A stretch of DNA of 38,015 nucleotides from Candidatus Kapaibacterium sp. (GTDB lineage Bacteria > Bacteroidota > Ignavibacteria > Kapaibacteriales > UBA2268): positions 1 through 38,015 of the forward strand of contig JBDNHS010000379.1 in assembly GCA_041688685.1 (NCBI GenBank). The letters run 5' to 3'. Below, one piece after another: positions 9,290-18,132 of the stretch. Below the pieces are notes generated by a model, which ran no database searches, was not told where the DNA came from, and saw nothing but the letters and a program-made list of their open reading frames with translations. The translations under genes were made by a program, and so were the position numbers. Numbering within the stretch: position 1 is the stretch's first letter; each line of letters starts with the position of its first letter.

Positions 9290-9307
9290 GGAAAAGAAAT
9301 AAATATT
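9185..9307 (+). repeat. Direct repeat copy 1 (functional 3' end of the Fe-S gene plus 18 nt of downstream spacer)
   Basis: 118/123 nt identical to 10608-10730. Confidence 0.95.
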
Positions 9308-9463
9308 ATGGAATATCCACGAAAATTATCAACTGGACTAAGACTAATTGATGTAGGTATTTCGGCTATCAAGTCTCAAGTCAATGAAAAGATATTTGAA
9401 AAGTATGTTGAGTTTGAATTGAATGAGATTATTAAATTCAAAGAGTATTTTTTGAATAGATAA
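9308..9463 (+). CDS. Hypothetical 51-aa ORF starting exactly at the repeat/insert junction
   Basis: ATG at 9308, TAA at 9461-9463. Translation MEYPRKLSTGLRLIDVGISAIKSQVNEKIFEKYVEFELNEIIKFKEYFLNR. It is below the ORF-track size cutoff and I recognise no homology. GGAAAAG lies 11-17 nt upstream. Confidence 0.2.
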   Translation: MEYPRKLSTGLRLIDVGISAIKSQVNEKIFEKYVEFELNEIIKFKEYFLNR

Positions 9464-9588
9464 TTCAACAAATACAAATAAAAATTTTATTTCTATTTGT
9501 ATGATTTATTTATTTATTTTAACTAAATTGTTTTTATATACAAATGAATGTATGAAAGTATTTTTAATATTTATTTAGGATAGTTTCT

Positions 9589-10548
9589 ATGAAAAAAATT
9601 ATCATCTTGCTTTTGTTGTTATTTAATATTATACTTTTTAATTCTTGCCAAGAAGATAATATAGTTTCTTCTGACCCTAACACCACTGGCAAAGCGAGAA
9701 TCAAGACTTTTTCTGAAAAATTCATAGTTGATTCAAATTTAGATAATAATAATTATTATAATCGTAAATATGAAATGATATATAAAGAAAATCTAATTAA
9801 ATTCATTAATATTTCATCTAATGGTAATATTGAACATCAATTTTCATACTTTTATAATCAAAATAATAAAATAGAAAAAGTTATAACAACGTATAAAGGT
9901 GTTTGTGAAGATGAATCTATTGTAATTAACTTTCAATACCAAAATAATAATCTTACAACAATAGAATCTGTGATTTATGAAAGAAATTTTAAAACAAATT
10001 ATAAATATGTAAATAACCAGATATCAGAAATAATAGTTTTGTCTTACCAAGATGGAATACTGTTAGACTCTTCTATCTATTCTGGGTTTGAAAATGGTAG
10101 ACCAACATTTGAAAAGCATTACACTTCTCATAATAAAATTAAGATGAGTTTAGTAAGCCAACAGAAAAATGTATTTCAAAATGGAAATTTAATTGAAGAA
10201 TTTTTAATGAAATCAAATACTACAAAGTGGTTGTTAAATAAAAAGTATTATTTTGATTTAAGTAAAGATAATCCGACATCTAATTTTAATGAATTTATTG
10301 GAGCTAAAGGTTATGTTACTTTATACTTACCAAAAAATTATAATAAAAACTTATTAATTAAATGCGAAAATTATAGTTTAATTTGTAATGATGAAGTACT
10401 AAATGATGTAGTTGTTTTTTCAGCAATAGATTATTTAAATGTAATAAATACAAAAGGTTTAATTGAAAAAACTGCTGAAAATCGTATTTTATTATGCCCA
10501 AACAATGATACTTATTATAATACAGAATTTACATATACTTGGGAATAA
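9589..10548 (+). CDS. Hypothetical lipoprotein
   Basis: 319 aa. Signal peptide plus lipobox MKKIIILLLLLFNIILFNSC. Very N/K/Y/I-rich. Internal periodic motif resembling YD-type repeats (FSYFYNQNNKIEKVI, FQYQNNNLTTIESVI, YKYVNNQISEIIVL). Confidence 0.6.
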   Translation: MKKIIILLLLLFNIILFNSCQEDNIVSSDPNTTGKARIKTFSEKFIVDSNLDNNNYYNRKYEMIYKENLIKFINISSNGNIEHQFSYFYNQNNKIEKVITTYKGVCEDESIVINFQYQNNNLTTIESVIYERNFKTNYKYVNNQISEIIVLSYQDGILLDSSIYSGFENGRPTFEKHYTSHNKIKMSLVSQQKNVFQNGNLIEEFLMKSNTTKWLLNKKYYFDLSKDNPTSNFNEFIGAKGYVTLYLPKNYNKNLLIKCENYSLICNDEVLNDVVVFSAIDYLNVINTKGLIEKTAENRILLCPNNDTYYNTEFTYTWE

Positions 10549-10589
10549 CAAATAATTTTAAAACCAAACGAAGATATTACGATTGTTTG

Positions 10590-10716
10590 GATGCCAGAAT
10601 TGTGCACCCATTCTGTATGACTATGATTAGGGATGGATTAAAAGCTAAAGAAGTTGACGATGTGGTAGTAAAAGACATCTCAGAAATTATCTTAAAAAGC
10701 ATAGAAGGGTAGGGAA
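10590..10716 (+). pseudogene. Remnant of the 3' end of the Fe-S oxidoreductase gene (about 40 codons, no start)
   Basis: In frame it reads DARIVHPFCMTMIRDGLKAKEVDDVVVKDISEIILKSIEG-stop. The intact gene tail is AKTIAVNCPFCMTMISDGVKAKEVDDVVVKDISEIILESIEG-stop. The upstream part is degraded by indels. Confidence 0.85.
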
Positions 10717-10730
10717 AAGAAATAAATATT
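10608..10730 (+). repeat. Direct repeat copy 2
   Basis: 118/123 nt identical to 9185-9307, including the stop codon and the following GGAAAAGAAATAAATATT. Confidence 0.95.
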
Positions 10731-10759
10731 TCTCATAAAACAAAAATTATATAATTGAA

Positions 10760-11902
10760 ATGAAAATTGCTTATTTATCTACATTTTATCCATTCAGAGG
10801 AGGTATTGCCCAGTTTAATGCTTCTTTATACAATACGCTCAAAAACGACTTTGATAATGATGTAAAAGCATATACATTTAGTAGGCAATATCCAGATATA
10901 TTATTCCCAGGCACTACTCAATATGTAACCAAAGAAGATAACGCAGAAATTATCCAAAGTGAACAAATATTAGATACAGTCAACCCATTTTCTTATTACT
11001 CTACGGCAAATCAGATTAATAAATTTAACCCAGATTTATTGATTACAAAATTTTGGATGCCATTTTTTGCTCCGTCTCTCGGTAAAGTAGCTGATAAATT
11101 AAAACCCAATATCACCAAAAACTCTATCAAAAAAATTGCTATTTTAGATAATGTAATTCCCCACGAAAAAAGACCTTTCGATATTACTTTGATAAAGTAT
11201 TTTTTGAATAAATATGATAAATTTGTTGTTATGAGTAATAAAGTCAAAGACGACTTATTATCACTCAAACCCAATGCTGAATATATATATATGGAACACC
11301 CACTCTACGACCATTTTGGTGACAAAAAAGATGTAACAGAATCCAAAAAGTATATATTTGGTAATAAATTCGAAGAGTTAGAAAACAAAAAGTTACTCTT
11401 ATATTTTGGTTTCATTAGAGATTATAAAGGGCTGGATATATTGATTGAAACACTCGCAAAATTAGATGAAAGCTACCATTTGATTATTGCTGGTGAAGTT
11501 TACGGAGAATTTGAGAAGTATGACCAATTAATTAATAACCTTAGAATTAATCATAAAATTACTAAAATGGTAAGGTATATAAATGATGAAGAAGTAAGTA
11601 AATTATTCTCGGCATCTGATGTCTGTATTTTGCCATATAAATCAGCTACACAATCTGGTATTGTTGGAATTTCTTATAATTTTGATTTGCCATTAATTGC
11701 TACAAATGTTGGTGGATTATCAGAAATGATACTGCCACATAATACTGGACTAATCTCCAATGAAGTAAGTTCGGAAGGTATTAAAAAATCAATTGAAACA
11801 TATTTTGAGGGGAATTTGAAAAATAGTCTTTCTAATAATATTCAAAACTACAAAACAATTGCAAATTGGAATACCTTCGCAAAGGGAATTCTAAGTTTAT
11901 GA
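10760..11902 (+). CDS. Glycosyltransferase family 4 (GT-B fold, Glycos_transf_1 C-terminal domain)
   Basis: 380 aa. N-terminal MKIAYLSTFYPFRGGIAQF. C-terminal pattern ASDVCILPYKSATQSGIVGISYNFDLPLIATNVGGLSEMI, typical of the GT4 nucleotide-sugar binding region. Confidence 0.8.
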   Translation: MKIAYLSTFYPFRGGIAQFNASLYNTLKNDFDNDVKAYTFSRQYPDILFPGTTQYVTKEDNAEIIQSEQILDTVNPFSYYSTANQINKFNPDLLITKFWMPFFAPSLGKVADKLKPNITKNSIKKIAILDNVIPHEKRPFDITLIKYFLNKYDKFVVMSNKVKDDLLSLKPNAEYIYMEHPLYDHFGDKKDVTESKKYIFGNKFEELENKKLLLYFGFIRDYKGLDILIETLAKLDESYHLIIAGEVYGEFEKYDQLINNLRINHKITKMVRYINDEEVSKLFSASDVCILPYKSATQSGIVGISYNFDLPLIATNVGGLSEMILPHNTGLISNEVSSEGIKKSIETYFEGNLKNSLSNNIQNYKTIANWNTFAKGILSL

Positions 11903-12061
11903 TTTCTGTAAACTTCTTCATCTTTAAATCTTAATAAATTTAGCCGAATACATTTTAAATAAACTTCTTTTTTCTTTCTTTTTTTTGGTAGAGACGTAAT
12001 ATGTTGCGTCTAATTCTTTGTATTTACAGCATTTACAAGAACAGGAAGAAGTTGCGTGCAA

Positions 12062-12133
12062 CGTCTGTAGAATATCACAATTAACATTTATTCTGCACTC
12101 AATTACACTGTTTTTCTTAAAATTTCCCGCCAC
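12062..12133 (+). repeat. Dispersed intergenic element, copy 2 (related to 1048-1108 rc)
   Basis: CGTCTGTAGAATATCACAATTAAC...TGCACTCAATTACACT...TTTCCCGCCAC. It sits directly after the hisC stop in a convergent spacer. Confidence 0.5.
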
Positions 12134-12136
12134 ATC

Positions 12137-13273
12137 TTACAATATATACTTTACTAAATCAAATACTTCTTTGAATATTCCACAAGCGAATTTTGTTTGT
12201 TCTTCTGTTCCTGTGCTTATTCTTACTCCGTTATTGATGCCGAAGCCTGCAAGATACCTAACGACTACCTTTTTTTGTAAGCATAATTCTACAAATTTCT
12301 GAGCTTGTAAATCTGTTTTTAATAATATCATCACAAAATTTGCTTTTGGCTCAACATATTCGATTCCAATACTTTTAAAAGTATCAACCAATAATTTTAT
12401 ACAGATTTTATTTGATTGCATTGCCTTTATGATATACTCATCGTCATCAAGTCCACCGATTGCACCCTCTTGAGCTAATAAATTCGGTTCGAATGGGAGT
12501 TTGACCTTATATAACACATTTATTAAGTCTTCGTCGCCAAAAGCATAACCAACTCTGAGTCCAGCCAAACCTAAGTGTTTTGAAAGTGTTCGTATGATTA
12601 TTAGGTTACTTTTTTCTTCTTTGCTTAATTCTTTAAAAATCTGTAATCCATTCGGATATTCACTAAAATCATTACAATAACTAAAATATGCCTCATCTAA
12701 TAAAACCAATATATTTTTGGGTACTTGAGCAAAAAAGTTCAAAAATTCTTCCTTAGAAAACATACTACCAGTTGGATTATTTGGGTTTGCTAAGTATATA
12801 ATTTTAGTTTTTTCGGTAATTGATTTTAATAAATTAGACAAATCAAATGAATAATTAACCAATGGAATTGTAGTTAACTTTCTGCCTAATTTATTTGTAT
12901 TTACATAAGCACCAATAAATGTACCTTTGGCAGTCAATATCTCATCACCTAAATCAGAAAAGGCATTAATTATATAACCAATTAGAGAGTCCGAACCGTG
13001 CCCACAAATTATTTCATCTGGCGAAATATCCATCATATTTGCTAACTTATTTACTAATTTAGTTGACTTTACATCTGGATAAATTGATATTTCTTTTATT
13101 GCGTTTATAATTGATTCTACGGCTTTTGGGGAAGTACCGTGAGGGTTTTCATTTGAAGCTAAATTGATAAAAGTCTTAAACTCATCTCTGCTAATGTTAT
13201 TATTTGTTGAGTTCCCAGATTTATAAGGAACTAATTTGTTTATATATTCTGGAGAATTGATTTTATTATTCAT
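12137..13273 (-). CDS. hisC: Histidinol-phosphate aminotransferase-type class II PLP aminotransferase
   Basis: 378 aa. NPNNPTGS motif and PLP-lysine motif SKHLGLAGLRVGYAF. The length and layout are typical of HisC. No other his genes are in the window, so the substrate assignment is family-level. Confidence 0.75.
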   Translation of the reverse strand: MNNKINSPEYINKLVPYKSGNSTNNNISRDEFKTFINLASNENPHGTSPKAVESIINAIKEISIYPDVKSTKLVNKLANMMDISPDEIICGHGSDSLIGYIINAFSDLGDEILTAKGTFIGAYVNTNKLGRKLTTIPLVNYSFDLSNLLKSITEKTKIIYLANPNNPTGSMFSKEEFLNFFAQVPKNILVLLDEAYFSYCNDFSEYPNGLQIFKELSKEEKSNLIIIRTLSKHLGLAGLRVGYAFGDEDLINVLYKVKLPFEPNLLAQEGAIGGLDDDEYIIKAMQSNKICIKLLVDTFKSIGIEYVEPKANFVMILLKTDLQAQKFVELCLQKKVVVRYLAGFGINNGVRISTGTEEQTKFACGIFKEVFDLVKYIL

Positions 13274-13357
13274 AAAAATTGATATTTCATTATTAATTAA
13301 TTGTAAAATCCACTTAACTAAGTTATATTTGCTTTCATTATCGAATTATAAATACAA

Positions 13358-14245
13358 ATGAATTTATTTAAAAATAAAGAAACAAATATAAACATAAAAA
13401 GAGAAAAAACACAATTAAATAAAACTATTAATACTTTTATAATTGTCAACAATCAAAATCAAATAGTTTTATTACAGAATAATTCTACTTTGAATTATAA
13501 TTCTACATCTAATATAAAATCTACTTCTGAACTTGAATTTAATAATTCAAATAATAATTCAGATAATGAACAAAAAATCCCAACTACATTAATTTATTCA
13601 AAACGCAAGAATGTTTCTATAATTATTGACAAAAATGCAGAGTTGATTCTAAGATTACCACTCAAAATCACTATGAGTGAAATTAATAGTATTATTCAAG
13701 AAAAGAAAAAATGGATAATAGAAAAAATTATATTAGTATCAGAAAAAAATAAAAATAAGATTGATAGATTTTTCGGTGATGGTGGTAAATTTATGTTTTT
13801 GGGTAAATTACATAAATTAAACTATAGCGAAAAACTAAAATTTGCAGTATATTTTGATGGCAATGAATTTTATACATTTCTAAAAGAAGATACTGAAATC
13901 AAAAGTCATTTGGAGAAGTGGTACAAAAAAAATGCAAAAAAGATACTAACTAATAGAACAATTTATTTTAGTAATTTGTATGGATTTGAGTTCAAACAAG
14001 TAAAAATCAATTCCGCCACATCTCGTTGGGGTTCTTGCAGTTGGGACAATAATATTAATTATAGTTGGAAATTGATACAAGCACCAATTTTTGTAATTGA
14101 TTATGTTGTAATTCACGAATTGGTGCATACAAAAATCAAAAACCACTCCAAAGAATTTTGGGATAAAGTCAGCCAATGTTATCCAAATTACTTAAAGGCA
14201 GTTAATTGGCTAAAAGATAATAATTTTATAATCGAATTTGATTAA
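13358..14245 (+). CDS. YgjP-like metallopeptidase-fold protein (DUF45/SprT-like) with an Asn-rich N-terminal extension
   Basis: 295 aa. C-terminal RWGSCSWDNNINYSWKLIQAPIFVIDYVVIHELVHTKIKNHSKEFW (HExxH). The domain starts at about aa 73, and there is no in-frame ATG between aa 1 and aa 106. Confidence 0.75.
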   Translation: MNLFKNKETNINIKREKTQLNKTINTFIIVNNQNQIVLLQNNSTLNYNSTSNIKSTSELEFNNSNNNSDNEQKIPTTLIYSKRKNVSIIIDKNAELILRLPLKITMSEINSIIQEKKKWIIEKIILVSEKNKNKIDRFFGDGGKFMFLGKLHKLNYSEKLKFAVYFDGNEFYTFLKEDTEIKSHLEKWYKKNAKKILTNRTIYFSNLYGFEFKQVKINSATSRWGSCSWDNNINYSWKLIQAPIFVIDYVVIHELVHTKIKNHSKEFWDKVSQCYPNYLKAVNWLKDNNFIIEFD

Positions 14246-14454
14246 ATATATGAAAATATATTGAGAAATATAAGCATTTAACAGATAATTATATTAAAAA
14301 TAGACCGATTTATTGTCAATTATCATAAATTAATAATTGTGAATTATTAGTTAATTTATTGCAATTTTTCAATTTATACAATTAATTAAAATATATATAG
14401 TATTTTTGTTGCTAAATATTTTACAAATTCAAAAAAACTTTACGAGAATTGTTA

Positions 14455-16266
14455 ATGAGAAAAGATAATTTCAGGAATATAGCTATAATAGCTCACGTCG
14501 ATCACGGTAAAACAACACTAGTTGATGGTTTATTAAAACAAAGTGGTACTTTTGGTGCAAGAGAGCACGTTGAAGAAAGAGTAATGGACTCTGGCGACTT
14601 AGAGAGAGAAAGAGGGATTACAATCACTGCAAAGAACACTGCTGTCTATTACAATGACATCAAAATTAATATTATGGACACTCCTGGTCACGCGGATTTC
14701 GGTGGAGAGGTAGAGCGTTCTTTAAATTTAGTTGATGGTGCATTATTATTGGTTGATGCCAGTGAAGGTCCGTTACCACAAACTCGTTTCGTGGTAAAAA
14801 AAGCCTTAGCTAAAGGATTACCAATCATATTAGTAATTAATAAAATCGACAGGTCTGATGCCAGAGTTGAAGAAGTTGTAAGCGAAGTTTATGACTTATT
14901 TATTGACTTAGATGCAAATGATGAACAAATTGAATTCCCAATTATTTATACAGTTGCAAGAGATGGTATAGCAAAAACTTCATTAGACCAAGAGTCTGAT
15001 AGTTTCAAACCACTATTTGATACTATTCTTAGTTTTATACCAGGACCAATTGCTGATGATACAGCTACTCCTCAATTTTTGGCTACATCATTAGATTACG
15101 ATTCTTATGTTGGTCAGATTGCAATCGGACGTATGGTGAATGGTACTTTAGAAATGAATAAACAATATGCTATTTCTACTGAAGATGGTATCAAACACAA
15201 TCAAAAATTATCTGCAATCTACACTTTTAGTGGATTACACAAAAAAGCAGTTCAACAAGTTGTTGCTGGTGATATCGTAGCTATCGCTGGTATTGCTGAT
15301 ATCAGAATTGGTGATACAATCACTTCTAATGATAATCCAGAACCATTACCGAGAATTAAAGTAGATGAGCCAACTGTTTCGATGATATTTTATGTTAATA
15401 GTAGCCCATTTGCCGGAACTGAAGGTAAATTTGTAACTTCTCAACAAATCAAAAAAAGATTAGATAAAGAATTACTTACAAATGTATCTTTAAAAGTACT
15501 TCCTACCGAAAGAGCTGATGCATTTGAAGTTTGTGGTAGAGGTGAGATGCAATTAGGTATTCTAATCGAAACTATGAGAAGAGAAAATTTTGAATTAATG
15601 GTTTCTCGTCCTCAAGTTATCATCAAAACTATTAATGGTGTCAAAAACGAACCTACTGAAAAAGTATTTGTGGATGTTCCAGACGAATATACTGGAGTTG
15701 TAACTGAAAAATTATCTATCAGAAAAGGTCTAATGACTAATATGATGAGTAATGGTAGCGGTCGTACGCAAATAGAGTTTGTTGTGCCTTCACGTGGTTT
15801 GATTGGTTATAGAAGCCAGTTTTTAACTGATACAAAAGGTAGTGGTATAATGAATACATTATTCGAAGGTTATGCTCCTTGGTATGGAAATATTCCTTCT
15901 CGTTCATCTGGTGCATTGGTTGCCGATAGAACTGGTAAGGTAACTTCTTATGCAGTAGAGGGTATGGCTGATAGAGGAGATTTGTTTATTAAAGTAAGTA
16001 CTCCAGTTTATATGGGTATGATTATCGGCGAAAGAAACAAACAAGGTGACTTAAACCTAAATATTACAAAAGAAAAGCAACTTACAAACATGAGAGCTGC
16101 ATCCGCTGATAATACTGTTACTTTACGTCCACCAAGAACTTTGTCATTAGATGCATATATCGAATTTTTGGCTGAAGATGAATTATTAGAAGTAACTCCA
16201 GAAAATATGAGACTAAGAAAATTCAGTTTAGACCCTAACAAACGTAAAGAATCAACAAGACAATAA
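14455..16266 (+). CDS. typA: Translational GTPase TypA/BipA
   Basis: G1 [10 protein letters not shown]3 DTPGHADF and G4 NKIDR motifs, with an EF-G-like domain layout. The ORF track starts at TTG 14449, but ATG 14455 ([21 protein letters not shown]) is the likelier start. Confidence 0.95.
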   Translation: MRKDNFRNIAIIAHVDHGKTTLVDGLLKQSGTFGAREHVEERVMDSGDLERERGITITAKNTAVYYNDIKINIMDTPGHADFGGEVERSLNLVDGALLLVDASEGPLPQTRFVVKKALAKGLPIILVINKIDRSDARVEEVVSEVYDLFIDLDANDEQIEFPIIYTVARDGIAKTSLDQESDSFKPLFDTILSFIPGPIADDTATPQFLATSLDYDSYVGQIAIGRMVNGTLEMNKQYAISTEDGIKHNQKLSAIYTFSGLHKKAVQQVVAGDIVAIAGIADIRIGDTITSNDNPEPLPRIKVDEPTVSMIFYVNSSPFAGTEGKFVTSQQIKKRLDKELLTNVSLKVLPTERADAFEVCGRGEMQLGILIETMRRENFELMVSRPQVIIKTINGVKNEPTEKVFVDVPDEYTGVVTEKLSIRKGLMTNMMSNGSGRTQIEFVVPSRGLIGYRSQFLTDTKGSGIMNTLFEGYAPWYGNIPSRSSGALVADRTGKVTSYAVEGMADRGDLFIKVSTPVYMGMIIGERNKQGDLNLNITKEKQLTNMRAASADNTVTLRPPRTLSLDAYIEFLAEDELLEVTPENMRLRKFSLDPNKRKESTRQ

Positions 16267-16296
16267 AATTGTCAGTTGTGAATTATAATTTATTAA

Positions 16297-16330
16297 ATAG
16301 ACAAAGGAATATCCTTTGTCTATTTTTTTT
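16297..16330 (+). terminator. Rho-independent terminator of typA
   Basis: Stem ATAGACAAAGGA/TCCTTTGTCTAT around an AT-rich loop (16297-16323), followed by the T-run 16324-16330. It lies 31 nt after the stop. Confidence 0.8.
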
Positions 16331-16568
16331 GTATCTTGATTTATTTTATATTTTTAAATTCTTTTTCTTGTAAAGACGCAAAGAGAACCCCACCAAATTG
16401 CTTTTAGCAAATGACCTTCCCATTTAATATGAGGTGATATAGAAAAAAAAAGTTTTTTATTGATAGTATTTAGATGTGTTATTTAATAAACCAAAAAAAT
16501 CTTTCTTTTTATATCTTCTTATCAACCAAGAAAATCTAATAATCATGAAAATTAAGGTTTAGACAATA

Positions 16569-17036
16569 TCAATTATGTGATTTAGTGTTAGTATCGGGGT
16601 TTGGTTTTAGAGTTAGGTCTATGTTTATGATTTCTACTTCACAATGTCCGGTCTTGCATAATTTGATATTTTTGATATGACCCGTAATAAGTAGAATAGA
16701 ACCCAAATGTATGAAATAATGAAATATTTCAATCGACTCAAATATAACTCCAATAGCGAAAAAAGTCCAACCAACGCAGAGCAGTATCTTGATTTCTTTG
16801 CTGTGTGCGTGTTTGAGTGCGAAAAATACCGAAATAGAGGCAGTAAGTAAAAAAAATATATCAAAAAAGATTATATGCTCAATACCATCTCTAAATGAAT
16901 TTAGATAAGTAAAACCAAAGTATTGTCCCAAAAAAAATACAAATGGCAGACCCAAACAGTGAATCAAACATAATATAGAAGACACGACTCCCATATAGTC
17001 TGAAAATATTTTTTTTAATGACAACATTATATTCAT
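16569..17036 (-). CDS. MerC-domain membrane protein
   Basis: 155 aa with 4 predicted TM segments. The N-terminal motif SSILCLIHCLGLPFVFF resembles the MerC-family Cys motif seen in Bacteroidota homologues. Confidence 0.55.
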   Translation of the reverse strand: MNIMLSLKKIFSDYMGVVSSILCLIHCLGLPFVFFLGQYFGFTYLNSFRDGIEHIIFFDIFFLLTASISVFFALKHAHSKEIKILLCVGWTFFAIGVIFESIEIFHYFIHLGSILLITGHIKNIKLCKTGHCEVEIINIDLTLKPNPDTNTKSHN

Positions 17037-17126
17037 AATACCTTTATTTCCAATAATCGAAGCTCGATTTTGAGTGAAATACTTTTCTTAAGATTTAATT
17101 TTGAACTTTAAATTAGTACCTTAATT

Positions 17127-17543
17127 TTAGTAATTCTCAACTTTTCTAAAATCAAGTGGAGTTTGTTTCAGAACTTCAAAAATTTCGTATTTTTCACTTA
17201 CTTTTAGTTTATTAACAACTAAGACGAATGAATCGTAAATTAATGATTTTGCAATATTAATTTCTGAAATACTATTAAGATCCTTATACTGGCTATCAAA
17301 AGTTGCCCAATGTTTTTTGTTTAGATGAAATGCATCGGTAATAAAATCATATTTTTCTTTAAGTTCGATGTTATTTTCGGGTGTAACTTTAAACGAAAAC
17401 TTAAATGGAAATACATCTAATGGCAAGAAAAGAAATATTTTCCCCTTTACTTTTACTGTCATTGTTACATTATCAAAAGGAAAATCAATTGAAGTAAAGG
17501 GCAAACTTGTAGCAAATTCCTTTATTATCTCAATATTTAGCAT
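17127..17543 (-). CDS. MmcQ/YjbR-family protein
   Basis: 138 aa. FPFDNVTMTVKVKGKIFLFL and AFHLNKKHWATFD match the conserved YjbR-type pattern. Confidence 0.65.
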   Translation of the reverse strand: MLNIEIIKEFATSLPFTSIDFPFDNVTMTVKVKGKIFLFLPLDVFPFKFSFKVTPENNIELKEKYDFITDAFHLNKKHWATFDSQYKDLNSISEINIAKSLIYDSFVLVVNKLKVSEKYEIFEVLKQTPLDFRKVENY

Positions 17544-18132
17544 TATTTTAAAATCTCAATAAGTTTTTGTTGTTATTATTTCACAATTTAAATATAATAA
17601 TTAAATATTCCCCATTCATCTTTTCATTTATCTAAATTATCTTCGTCATTGGTGTAATTTGTGGCATAATATTACCTTATAGTTTTATATTCTTATTTTT
17701 TCGTTGAGAAACAAAAAAATAATAAATATTACAAAATTTCAATAAATTGAATACAATTATTTTCAATTTATTTAGTCAAATAATGAAGTAATTTAAAAAC
17801 AATTTCAATAAAAATTTAATATTTTGTAACTATTGGCTAATTATTTTGTCATTGTTGATAAATACTTACACAAAAGTACTAACATTTTTTAAATTATTCA
17901 TATATTCTTTTTTTTAATTCAAAGGATTTTGCCTATTCGAATCTCTTTTATACTATATTGTTTTTAATTGACTTATCATTAACAACTAATAAATTGATAA
18001 TCAATGGTATTACTAAATTATATAATCGAATAACTCGAAAAATTTAGGTGGTTTTTATACTGCCTTTTTCGGTTTATGCTTTTAATGATTATAAAAAGTT
18101 AGAAATTAAAACAACAGATATTTTTATAGATA

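Noticed and set aside
9185-10730. The direct repeats considered as a DGR template/variable repeat pair.
   Set aside because: The five mismatches (T>G, G>T, C>T, A>C, G>A) show no adenine-specific pattern. No reverse transcriptase is present, and the second copy is a start-less gene remnant.
11924-12133. A 69-aa Cys-rich ORF (…CRINVNCDILQTLHATSSCSCKCCKYK…) with a GTG start 3 nt after the hisC stop. It looks like a possible small Cys-rich peptide.
   Set aside because: It lies on the dispersed repeat. The homologous copy at 1048-1108 has stops in the corresponding frame, so conservation is at the nucleotide level. It also has a GTG start, no ribosome-binding signal and a poly-Lys tail derived from a T-run.
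12018-12302. A 94-aa plus-strand ORF.
   Set aside because: It runs antisense through the well-supported hisC 3' end, and its 5' part is the repeat element.
16368-16440. A possible third copy of the dispersed element. GTAAAGACG follows a T-rich run, and the 12-mer TCCCATTTAATA is shared with 1087-1098 (rc).
   Set aside because: Only a 12-mer and a loose 9-mer match. Exact 12-mer repeats are expected many times by chance in 2 x 38 kb of AT-rich sequence, and the conserved 16-mer core is absent.
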